Source: Panacagrimonas sp.
GTDB lineage: Bacteria > Pseudomonadota > Gammaproteobacteria > Nevskiales > Nevskiaceae
Assembly (NCBI GenBank): GCA_041603235.1
Contig: JBFIES010000012.1
Coordinates: forward strand, 33,951-97,950
Length of the DNA stretch: 64,000 nucleotides
Direction: 5' to 3'
Part shown: in pieces, positions 9,637 to 18,269 of the stretch
Layout of the letters: every line of letters begins with the position of its first letter
Position numbering within the stretch: the stretch's first letter is position 1
The notes under the pieces: generated by a model
The model's input: only the letters and a program-made list of their open reading frames with translations
Databases searched by the model: none
What the model was told of the DNA's origin: nothing
Translations under genes and position numbers: made by a program

Positions 9637-9660
9637 AAGGGGCCGAAAGGCCCCTTTTTT
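9637..9660 (+). terminator. Rho-independent terminator, between convergent genes
   Basis: aaggggcc-gaaa-ggcccctt followed by a T-run. Confidence 0.9.
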
Positions 9661-9685
9661 GTGCGCCGCTCCAGCGGTCTGCTGC

Positions 9686-11194
9686 TCAGGTACGCCCGCG
9701 ATCCAGTTCTCGCATGCGAAGTGCTTCCGCCAGATGCACGTTGCCTATGCCACTAGCGCCAGCCAGATCTGCGATGGTTCGGGCTACCTTGAGGACCCGG
9801 TGATAAGCGCGCGCCGACAAACCCAGACGAGACATGGCGGCCTCCAGGAGTTTTCGCCCCTGAGCATCCAGCGCGCAGTGTGCTTCGATCTGCTTCGGGC
9901 TCATCAAGGCATTGACGATGCCACTGCGCTCCATCTGCCTGTCCCGCGCACTTTGCACGCGCATTCGAACATCGGCACTGGATTCGGCTTCGGTGTCAGT
10001 TGCACTCAGCAAAGCCTCGCGTTCGACACGTGGGACAAATAACTGCAGATCAATTCGATCCAGCAGCGGGCCCGAAATCTTGCCTCGATATCGGCTGACC
10101 TGATCCGGGGTACAACGACATTTTCCTGCGTCATCGCCAAGAAAGCCGCAGGGGCAAGGGTTCATGGCGGCCACCAGCTGGAAACCTGCGGGAAAATCCG
10201 ACTGACGCGCTGCCCGCGACACGGTGATCTGGCCAGATTCCAGGGGCTCACGCAGAACCTCCAGCACGGACCGGGAGAATTCCGGCAGTTCATCCAGAAA
10301 CAGGATGCCCAGGTGCGCGAGCGTGATCTCACCCGGGCGCGGAACCGCTCCGCCACCGACCAGCGCCACGCCGGAAGCCGTGTGGTGAGGCGCGCGATAA
10401 GGCCTCTGCCCCCAGCGGCTCACATCAAACCCGCCCTGCCCAACCGAGGCAATGGCGGCGACTTCGATGGCTTCGGCCTCAGTCAGGGCTGGCAGCAAGC
10501 TTGGAAGCCTTGCCGCCAGCATGCTCTTGCCCGAGCCCGGCGGGCCAATCATCAGCATCGAGTGAGATCCGGCTGCGGCAATTTCCAGTGCGCGCTTGGC
10601 CTGCTGCTGGCCGCGCACATCTCCCAGATCCGCTACCGCCGCTGCTGTCACACCGCTCGCGCTCGACGCTACCTGGACCAGCGAATTGGCGTGCAACTGC
10701 GCGCAGAGTTCCCCGAGGTGCCGTACTGGATAAATCTTCGCATCTCGCGCCAGCGCTGCCTCTTCGGCGTTCTGTGCCGGGACCAGCATGCGCCGTCCCG
10801 CCTGCGCAGCCTTTAACGCGGCTGGGAGTGCGCCGCGCACTGGGCGAATCTCCCCCGACAGCGACAGCTCGCCGAGCACCTCGATATCTGCAATAGCCGC
10901 CTCGGGAATCTGGCCAGAGGCCGCGAGCAGGCCCAGTGCAATCGCCAGATCAAAGCGCGCGCCTTCCTTGGGCAGATCGGCGGGCGCCAGATTGCAGGTC
11001 ATGCGCCGATTAGGAAACTGATATCCGCAGGTCTGCAGTGCCGCCTTGACCCGGTCCTTGGCTTCGCGAACCGCCGCTTCGGGCAGTCCCACGATATTCA
11101 GTCCGGGCAGGCCGGGCGCCAAATGGACCTCCACCGTGACCAGGTCTGCGGCCAGCCCGTTCTGTGCGCGCGATAGGACGGTGGCCAGCGACAT
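9686..11194 (-). CDS. comM: YifB/ComM Mg-chelatase-like AAA+ ATPase
   Basis: NLAPADLPKEG, GPPGSGKSMLA, RPYRAPHH, LFLDELPEF, AAMNPCPCG. Confidence 0.95.
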   Translation of the reverse strand: MSLATVLSRAQNGLAADLVTVEVHLAPGLPGLNIVGLPEAAVREAKDRVKAALQTCGYQFPNRRMTCNLAPADLPKEGARFDLAIALGLLAASGQIPEAAIADIEVLGELSLSGEIRPVRGALPAALKAAQAGRRMLVPAQNAEEAALARDAKIYPVRHLGELCAQLHANSLVQVASSASGVTAAAVADLGDVRGQQQAKRALEIAAAGSHSMLMIGPPGSGKSMLAARLPSLLPALTEAEAIEVAAIASVGQGGFDVSRWGQRPYRAPHHTASGVALVGGGAVPRPGEITLAHLGILFLDELPEFSRSVLEVLREPLESGQITVSRAARQSDFPAGFQLVAAMNPCPCGFLGDDAGKCRCTPDQVSRYRGKISGPLLDRIDLQLFVPRVEREALLSATDTEAESSADVRMRVQSARDRQMERSGIVNALMSPKQIEAHCALDAQGRKLLEAAMSRLGLSARAYHRVLKVARTIADLAGASGIGNVHLAEALRMRELDRGRT

Positions 11195-11247
11195 GGCGAG
11201 CGGCGATCAGCTACGCGCTGTCGCCGCAATAAACAGGACGACAGATG

Positions 11248-11526
11248 CTATTTCGCAGCACTGCCATCGCTGCCGGAAGCACCCTGCTCCAGCTTTTCAA
11301 GGCGCGCCTCAAGTTCACGCAGGCGCTTCTGTGTTCGCGCGAGCACTTCCGCCTGCACGTCAAAACGCTCACGCGAGACCAAATCCCAGCGTTCGAGGTT
11401 GCTGCGCAGCACCGCCCTGAAATTGTCCTCCAGCTCAGCCCGCAAACTTCGAACGCCCGGCGGCAAGATGGCCGCTAGACGCTCTGCCAGTTCCTCTACG
11501 CCTCGAGTTGGATTCATCCGCTCCAT
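11248..11526 (-). CDS. ubiK: Ubiquinone biosynthesis accessory factor (BMFP family)
   Basis: DLVSRERFDVQAEVLARTQKRLRELEARLEKLE coiled coil; conserved position next to comM. Confidence 0.88.
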   Translation of the reverse strand: MERMNPTRGVEELAERLAAILPPGVRSLRAELEDNFRAVLRSNLERWDLVSRERFDVQAEVLARTQKRLRELEARLEKLEQGASGSDGSAAK

Positions 11527-11535
11527 ATCAGCTGA

Positions 11536-12831
11536 TCAGAGGAAGCGCAGGGCCACGATCGCCACCAGAGTTGGCGGAATCGCTGCAAACAAAAGACCCA
11601 AGGGGCTGATGGCCTCATCCTCGAAGCGAACCTTGAGGATAGAGAAACCAGCAGGGTTGGGCGCATTGGCAATGACGGTCAAGCCGCCACCGGTGACAGC
11701 ACCCGCCACCAGCATGTACTTGAACTGATCGCTCAAGCCTTCCACCAATGAACCGAGATAGGTCAGCGCCGCATTGTCGGTAATGGCGGTCAGCGCGGTC
11801 GCGCCGAAGTAAACCGCATCCGGGCTCATGTTGAGCAGCAAGGGTTGCAACCACCACTGCTGCTGGCCGCCCAGTACGACCAGGCCTGCCAGGAAGAAGG
11901 CCACCAACAGGCCCTCACGCACGATCAGGCGGCCCTGGTAATGCTGATAAGCCGTGGCAAAGCCCATGAAGAAGAGCAGCAGGCCCAGGAACAAGGCCGG
12001 ATGGTGGGCAAAGAACACCACGCCAAACAGGATGGCCACGTTCACCGCCATGATCTGTACCGGCACAGCCTCGCGCTTCGAAACCGGCGGTGCTGGCATG
12101 GCGCGCAATTCCTTGGCAAAGACCAGGCAAATCAGGGTGGCATTGGTCACCACTGCAATCGCCGCTTTCCAGCCGAAATGGGTGAGCATGAACATGATGT
12201 CCCAGTTCCATTTGCTCGCCACCATCAGTACGGGCGGAGCGGCAAACGGAGTGAGTACGCCGCCGATGGAAATATTGACGAAGAGCACGCCGACGGTGGC
12301 GTACTTGAAGCGCTTGGACAGATTCTCGTGGTGCAGGAAGCGATCGCGCAACATCAGCGCGCCGAGGGTCATTGCGGCAGGTTCGGTAATGAAGGAGCCC
12401 AGCAAAGGCACAAAGAACAGGATGCTGAAGAAGGTGGCCGGCCCGGACGGCAGGGGCACGATTTTGGATACGCCCGAAACCATCATCGAGGCCAGATCCA
12501 GAATGGGGCGGCTACCGGCCACGATCATGATCGCAAACACGAACATGGGCTCAGTGAAATTGCGCCCATCGATGTATTCCACTGCGGCGTCTTTTCCGAC
12601 CAGCGCGAACATGGTCATGATCAACACCATTGCCCAGAAGCCGAAGACCACCTCGACCTCACCCAGCAAATGGAAAATGCCCTCATGCGCTGGATGCTTG
12701 TGCGCAAGATGCTCGAAATATTTGGTCGAAAACGTGTGGATCAGCGCAATACCAAAGATTACGGCTGCCACGACATCAATAGTTGTTGGGTTCACGGCGG
12801 ATCTTGGGAATGTGGATGGCGTCTTGGTCAC
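11536..12831 (-). CDS. Putative Na+/H+ antiporter (Na_H_antiport_3/DUF1504-like)
   Basis: Polytopic membrane protein with HLLGEVEVVFGFW, GSFITEPAAMT, TAITDNAALTYL, GGGLTVIANAPNPAG. Start may be the GTG at 12795. Confidence 0.8.
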   Translation of the reverse strand: MTKTPSTFPRSAVNPTTIDVVAAVIFGIALIHTFSTKYFEHLAHKHPAHEGIFHLLGEVEVVFGFWAMVLIMTMFALVGKDAAVEYIDGRNFTEPMFVFAIMIVAGSRPILDLASMMVSGVSKIVPLPSGPATFFSILFFVPLLGSFITEPAAMTLGALMLRDRFLHHENLSKRFKYATVGVLFVNISIGGVLTPFAAPPVLMVASKWNWDIMFMLTHFGWKAAIAVVTNATLICLVFAKELRAMPAPPVSKREAVPVQIMAVNVAILFGVVFFAHHPALFLGLLLFFMGFATAYQHYQGRLIVREGLLVAFFLAGLVVLGGQQQWWLQPLLLNMSPDAVYFGATALTAITDNAALTYLGSLVEGLSDQFKYMLVAGAVTGGGLTVIANAPNPAGFSILKVRFEDEAISPLGLLFAAIPPTLVAIVALRFL

Positions 12832-12909
12832 TGTGACAACGGACCGGGGCTAAGTGTGCAACATTTGCATCGGCGATGCCCTTGTGAGCAAAGCAACGAT
12901 CCGTAAAAT

Positions 12910-12959
12910 TGGCGGCCCGGCGGAACCAGTGACCCGTCAGAGGGTCCATCAACCGCCCA
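12910..12959 (-). ncRNA. Probable nhaA-I (Li+/Na+-associated) riboswitch
   Basis: Minus strand reads GGGCGG-UUGAUG-GACCC(UCUGAC)GGGUC-A-CUGGU-UCCGCC-GGGCCGCCA. This matches my recollection of the nhaA-I conserved blocks, and it lies upstream of a cation antiporter. Not verified with a covariance model. Confidence 0.6.
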
Positions 12960-12980
12960 CAATTTCAAGAACGAAGGCAG

Positions 12981-13934
12981 ATGGTGAACTCGGACATTCT
13001 CATAGAGGCACGCGGCCTCACACGGCGCTTTGGCCCCAATGTGGCAGTCGACAATGTCAGCCTGCAATTGGCCCAGGGGGAAATCCTTGGTCTGCTCGGT
13101 CCCAACGGGGCTGGCAAATCGACCACTATGAAGATGCTGACCGGCAATCTCGCACCCAGCGAGGGTGAGGTCCTGATTCACGGCCAATCCCTGCGCGACC
13201 ATGAGATTCAAGCCAAGCAGCAACTCGACTACCTGCCGGAACAGCCGCCGGTGTATCCGGAACTGACCGTCGACGAGTACCTGCGCTACTGCGCCGGCTT
13301 GCACGGAATTTCCCGAAAGGACTGCGCCGAGGCCATGGCCTCGGCCAAGCGGGACTGCGGCCTGAGTGAGGTGGGCCGCCGCGTGATCGGCAATCTATCC
13401 AAGGGTTTCCAGCAGCGCGTGGGGCTGGCACAGGCCATTATTCATCGCCCGCCGGTGGTGGTGCTGGATGAGCCCACTGTTGGGCTGGATCCGATTCAGA
13501 TTCGCGAGATTCGGTCCCTGATCCGCAATCTGGGAGCCAACCACAGTGTGATTCTGTCCAGCCACATCCTTCCCGAGATACAGGCGGTTTGCTCTCGCGT
13601 GGTCATCATCAGCCGCGGCAAACTGGTCTACGACGCTCCGACGGACCGGCAGGCGGAAGACAGTGCCGTAATCATCCAGCTGGCACGTGCACCAGAACTG
13701 TCGGAGCTGGCGAGCGTCAGCGGCGTAGCCCGCGTGACCGCGCAGGAAAACGGACAGTTCACCCTGAACTTGAACCCTGGCGCTGATCCGCGCGAATCGC
13801 TGGTCAAGCTGGCGGTCAAGCACGACTGGGGGCTGCAGGAGCTGCGCCTGCAATCCAAGACCCTGGAAGAAATTTTTGTGGAACTGACGTCTGGCGAAGT
13901 CGCCAGCGAGGCCGCTTACGAGGAAGCCGCATGA
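12981..13934 (+). CDS. ABC transporter ATP-binding protein, GldA-like
   Basis: GPNGAGKST, LSKGFQQR, LDEPTVGLDP, SSHIL. Confidence 0.95.
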   Translation: MVNSDILIEARGLTRRFGPNVAVDNVSLQLAQGEILGLLGPNGAGKSTTMKMLTGNLAPSEGEVLIHGQSLRDHEIQAKQQLDYLPEQPPVYPELTVDEYLRYCAGLHGISRKDCAEAMASAKRDCGLSEVGRRVIGNLSKGFQQRVGLAQAIIHRPPVVVLDEPTVGLDPIQIREIRSLIRNLGANHSVILSSHILPEIQAVCSRVVIISRGKLVYDAPTDRQAEDSAVIIQLARAPELSELASVSGVARVTAQENGQFTLNLNPGADPRESLVKLAVKHDWGLQELRLQSKTLEEIFVELTSGEVASEAAYEEAA

Positions 13935-14674
13935 AGAATGTGATGTCGATTGCCGCTCACGAAACGCGGCGCATTTTTGTCTCGCCTCTGGCCTGGGCGG
14001 TTCTGGGCGTTGCCCAAGCCATTTTCGGCTACATCTTTGCCGGTTCGGTGATTCAGTATCTGAGAAATTCTGATGTTGCAGACCAGTCTGTAGGCGTCTC
14101 CGATTACGTGGGAAGCGGGCTCTATGGTTCGGCCACCATCATCCTGTTGCTGATCCTGCCCTTGATGACGATGCGCCTGTTTTCGGAGGAGCGGAAGTCC
14201 GGCACGCTGACCTTGCTGTTTTCCGCGCCCGTGAGCCTGATTGAAATCGTGCTCGGCAAGTTCTTTGGCGTCATGGTTTTCATTGCCGCCATGCTGGGCC
14301 TGCTGGCCCTGATGCCCGCCTCGCTGTTGCTGGCAGTTGATCTGGACATCGGTCGCCTGGCCGCAGGCCTGCTGGGCATTTTCCTGCTCACCATGTCTTT
14401 TGCAGCTTGCGGCTTGTTCATCTCCTCGCTCACGCGCGAGCCCACGATTGCGGCGGTCGGAACCTTTGCTGCCCTGCTGCTGATCTGGCTGCTGAAGATG
14501 CCGGCAAGTTTTGACACGCCCTTTGCTGCAGCATTCGATTACCTGTCGTTGATCAGTCATTACCAGAACCTGATCACGGGCCTGTTTGATTCCTCGGACG
14601 TGGCGTATTACCTGCTGTTTACCACGCTCTTTCTGTGGCTGACGGTGGTTCGCCTGGACATGGAACGCAATTGA
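13931..14674 (+). CDS. ABC-2 permease, GldF-like
   Basis: TMRLFSEERKSGTLTLLFSAPVS; about 6 TM helices; ATGA overlap with the ATPase. Confidence 0.9.
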   Translation: MKNVMSIAAHETRRIFVSPLAWAVLGVAQAIFGYIFAGSVIQYLRNSDVADQSVGVSDYVGSGLYGSATIILLLILPLMTMRLFSEERKSGTLTLLFSAPVSLIEIVLGKFFGVMVFIAAMLGLLALMPASLLLAVDLDIGRLAAGLLGIFLLTMSFAACGLFISSLTREPTIAAVGTFAALLLIWLLKMPASFDTPFAAAFDYLSLISHYQNLITGLFDSSDVAYYLLFTTLFLWLTVVRLDMERN

Positions 14675-14720
14675 AATTTCAGGTCGCCTCTCCGCGTCGC
14701 TATCGCAAATTTTTCGATCA

Positions 14721-16112
14721 ATGAAAAGCAAAGCACAAAATCTTGTCCAGCAGATCATCAGCGGACTGTTGATCATTGCCGTCATCATCGCGCTGGGCTG
14801 GTTGTCGGTTCGCTACAACTTCAAGCAGGACTGGACCTTCAACAATCGCAACACGATTTCCGAAGCGAGCCAGAAGCAACTGGCGTCGATGAAGGACCCG
14901 GTACGGATGATCGCCTTCGCCTATCCCGGTGCGCCGGAGCGTGCTTCGATCCAGTATTTCGTCGACCAGTATTCGCGCTTCAAGAAAGACTTCGAGATCG
15001 AGTTCGTTGACCCCAGCACGCAGCCGCAGAAGGTCAAGGAGTACGAGATATCCCTGGCGGGCGAAGTGGTGATCGAGTATCAGGGACGTCGTGAAACCTT
15101 GCGGACGATGTCCGAGCAGATCATCACCGAGACGCTGCAGCGGCTGAGCTATTCAGGCGAGAAATTCATCGTGTTTCTGGAAGGTCACGGTGAGCGCGCG
15201 GTGCTGGACTCAGACGCGCAGGGCGCGTTCACACATTTCGCGGAAGTGCTCCAGAGCAAGGGGCTCAAGGTCCAGCCGCTGAGTCTGGTCAGCAACCCCG
15301 CCGTGCCGGACAACGCTTCGGCGCTGGTCATCGCAAGCCCGCGCGGCCAGCTGCTTGAGGGCGAGATCAAGCTCATCAACGACTACATCGAGAAGGGCGG
15401 CAACCTGCTGTGGCTGGCCGACCCTGACAACCCTCCGGGTTTGCAGATGGTTGCCGATACGCTGGGCATTGAATGGCAAGATGGCTATGCCGTGTTTCCC
15501 GAGTACGAGTTGCTCGGCACCGGCCACCCCGGCATTTTCGCCGCGCTGGACTACCCGCCTAGTCCGGTCACCCAGGGCCTCGATCAGATCACCCTGTTCC
15601 CGCTAGTGCGGTCATTAACGGCACGCGAGGACAGCGGCTGGGTGGCCCAGCCGATGCTGACCAGCAGCCCCGCTGCCTGGCTGGAAACCCAGCCGCTGGA
15701 TGAGTCCGGTGTCGCGCTGGATGTAGACAAGGGCGACATTGCCGGCCCCCTGACCATCGGCATGAGTCTGACCCGCAACATCGATGACCCGGATGCGTCA
15801 GCGGCGTCTGAACAGGATCAGGATTCGGCCAAAGCGCAGAAGCAGCAGCGCGTGGTTTTGATTGGCGACGCCGATTTCATGTCCAACAGCAACCTCGGTC
15901 AGCTGGGCAATCAGCAGCTGGGCCTGAACATCATCCAGTGGTTGGCGAGTCGCGACGAGCAGCTCAACATCGACGTACCCAAGGCGCCGGACACCAACCT
16001 GTTCCTGCCGAGCTGGGCGGTGATTGTCCTCAGCGCCGGTTTTGTCATTGTGTTGCCCCTGCTGCTGATCGGCATCGGTGTCACGCGCTGGGTTCTGAGA
16101 CGGCGCCGATGA
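14721..16112 (+). CDS. GldG-family ABC auxiliary/periplasmic component
   Basis: N- and C-terminal TM helices, DWTFNNRNTIS, FLEGHGER, RVVLIGDADF. Confidence 0.88.
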   Translation: MKSKAQNLVQQIISGLLIIAVIIALGWLSVRYNFKQDWTFNNRNTISEASQKQLASMKDPVRMIAFAYPGAPERASIQYFVDQYSRFKKDFEIEFVDPSTQPQKVKEYEISLAGEVVIEYQGRRETLRTMSEQIITETLQRLSYSGEKFIVFLEGHGERAVLDSDAQGAFTHFAEVLQSKGLKVQPLSLVSNPAVPDNASALVIASPRGQLLEGEIKLINDYIEKGGNLLWLADPDNPPGLQMVADTLGIEWQDGYAVFPEYELLGTGHPGIFAALDYPPSPVTQGLDQITLFPLVRSLTAREDSGWVAQPMLTSSPAAWLETQPLDESGVALDVDKGDIAGPLTIGMSLTRNIDDPDASAASEQDQDSAKAQKQQRVVLIGDADFMSNSNLGQLGNQQLGLNIIQWLASRDEQLNIDVPKAPDTNLFLPSWAVIVLSAGFVIVLPLLLIGIGVTRWVLRRRR

Positions 16113-16143
16113 GCAGGATTGCCCCGCCCACAAAGCAATTCAC

Positions 16144-17034
16144 ATGAAAAGGCTCTACCTCAATCTCGTTCTGCTCGCCGTTCTGGCCGGGCTCGGTGTT
16201 GCGATCTGGCTGGCTCAGGAAGAAGAGGAAAAAGGTCCGCCCCTGACAGCCTTGAGCCAGGATCAGGTTACGCACATCAGCATCGCTCACCCCGATCAGT
16301 CCGCAATCGAACTGGAGAAAATCGAAGGTCAATGGCGGCTGGTGTCACCGGTCAAGGCGATTGCAGACAAGTACGAGGTCAACGGCATTCTGGCCCTGGC
16401 CACGCTGGAAATCGGCAAACAGCTGGACGGCGCAACGAACCTGTCTGAGCTTGGACTCGAACCACCGAAGTACAGCGTCACGCTCGATGATGTTCGTATC
16501 GATCTGGGCGGCACGGAGCCCATCAAGTTCCGCCGCTATGTCTCGACGGGCGGCAAAGTGGGCCTGGTCCCTGATCCGCCCAGCGCTGCGCTGGACGCCG
16601 ATTACTCAGATCTGGTGGCCAAGCAAATTGTCCCTGAAGGTCGCGAGATCACGCGGATCAGCCTGCCCGCACTCACACTGGAAAAGGCAGATGGCGGTGG
16701 GTGGAAGGCAGCGGAGGCGCCCGATGCCAAAGCCTCCGACCTGAGCGCTTTGGCAGAGTCCTGGCGTACTGCTAAGGCGATGTGGAATGCAGCGGAGCCC
16801 GCCGAAGGCTCCAGTGGGGATGCCATTACGCTCGTGCTCGATGATGGCGAGCAGATTGATCTGGTAGTGGCGGCCCGCAATCCGCAGCTGATTCTGTCGC
16901 GGCCGGCGCTGGGCATGCGTTACACGCTGTCCAAAGCCCTGACCGAGACCTTGCTGCAATTGCCAGCCCAAGCGCCGGAAGCTGACGGCGAGTCACTGGC
17001 AGAAGAAGCGCCGGAAGCTGAGGCTCAGCAATAG
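16144..17034 (+). CDS. DUF4340 domain protein
   Basis: N-terminal anchor, WRLVSPVKAIAD, LSELGLEPP; usual last gene of Gld-like ABC modules. Confidence 0.8.
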   Translation: MKRLYLNLVLLAVLAGLGVAIWLAQEEEEKGPPLTALSQDQVTHISIAHPDQSAIELEKIEGQWRLVSPVKAIADKYEVNGILALATLEIGKQLDGATNLSELGLEPPKYSVTLDDVRIDLGGTEPIKFRRYVSTGGKVGLVPDPPSAALDADYSDLVAKQIVPEGREITRISLPALTLEKADGGGWKAAEAPDAKASDLSALAESWRTAKAMWNAAEPAEGSSGDAITLVLDDGEQIDLVVAARNPQLILSRPALGMRYTLSKALTETLLQLPAQAPEADGESLAEEAPEAEAQQ

Positions 17035-17044
17035 ACTGGAAAAT

Positions 17045-18094
17045 TCAGCGTTTGAATTTTTCTTCTGCGAGCTGATCGGCAATATCGCTGGTCGGAAGCT
17101 TCAGCTCCTCTGACTTTGCGAATATCTGCGTGAGTGTCGGGCCGATTTGCCGGACATGTGATTCGACATCGGCCCAGCGCCGCGTATCGCCCTCGTAGTA
17201 GAGATTGATGATGCCGCCGGCATTGATCGCGTAATCAGGCGCATACAACACACCGCGATCCAGCAGAGCCTGACCGTGACGCGGTTCGGCCAGTTGATTA
17301 TTGGCGGCACCGGCCACGATGCCCGCACGCAATAAGGGAATGCTTTGATCATTTAGGACAGCGCCCAGAGCACAAGGCGCAAGAACATCCACATCCTGAT
17401 GCAGGACGTCATTCATGGAGACAGCTTGCGCCGCAAACTGCTGCACACAGGCCTCAACAGCCGGCGCATAGCTGTCACAGACCCACAGTTTTGCGCCGGC
17501 TTCGTGCAGATGCCGAGCCAGAACCTGCCCCACCTTGCCCACGCCCTGGATCGCAACGCGCAGGCCTTGAAGCTCATCGCGGCCCAGCTTGAATCGCACG
17601 GCCGCCTGGATGCCGACAAAAACACCCAGGGCCGTCGCCGCCGAGGTGTCCCGATCACCAGGGTCATTGGCGTTGGGCGCGGCGCCATGCCCGCCAATGT
17701 GGCTGGTTTCGCGAAGCATCTCGCGCATGTCAGCCTCATCTGTGCCTGAATCTTCGGCCACCCGATAGCGACCGCCGAGTGAGTGCACCAGACGGCCCAT
17801 GGCCTGCATCATCTGTGGCGTCTTGTTCCGGCGTGGGTCCGCGATCACCACGCTCTTGCCGCCACCCTGCCGCAAGCCCGCCAGTGCCGCCTTGTAGGTC
17901 ATGCCGCGCGAAAGGCGCAGGACATCGGTCAGCGCGTCCGCATCATTGGCGTAGTCATAGACCCGGCAGCCGCCCAGCGAGGGTCCAAGTGCGGTACTGT
18001 GGACCGCAATGATCGCCCGCAGACCCGATTCAGCGTCGAATCCGTAGACAATCTCTTCGTGTTCGTCGAACTCGGGGTGGTCAAAAACGCTCAT
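17045..18094 (-). CDS. Leu/Val/Phe dehydrogenase (ELFV family)
   Basis: MSVFDHPEFDEHEE, DVLRLSRGMTYK, GGGKSV, AEDSGT, GVGKVG, YAPDYAINAGG. Confidence 0.93.
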   Translation of the reverse strand: MSVFDHPEFDEHEEIVYGFDAESGLRAIIAVHSTALGPSLGGCRVYDYANDADALTDVLRLSRGMTYKAALAGLRQGGGKSVVIADPRRNKTPQMMQAMGRLVHSLGGRYRVAEDSGTDEADMREMLRETSHIGGHGAAPNANDPGDRDTSAATALGVFVGIQAAVRFKLGRDELQGLRVAIQGVGKVGQVLARHLHEAGAKLWVCDSYAPAVEACVQQFAAQAVSMNDVLHQDVDVLAPCALGAVLNDQSIPLLRAGIVAGAANNQLAEPRHGQALLDRGVLYAPDYAINAGGIINLYYEGDTRRWADVESHVRQIGPTLTQIFAKSEELKLPTSDIADQLAEEKFKR

Positions 18095-18269
18095 GGCGGG
18101 CCCTGAAAGATGGTTCACCATCATAGTCAAGCACAGTCGACCTGTGTTCCAGGCTGAACTTGGAGCGATATTTGCCAATCAAAGCTGTCCTGGCATTGCA
18201 CCGCCTTCAGTCTCATGCGCCGACCCACTTAGTGCGTATGATCATCAGACCTTTTCAAGGTAATCAAAC

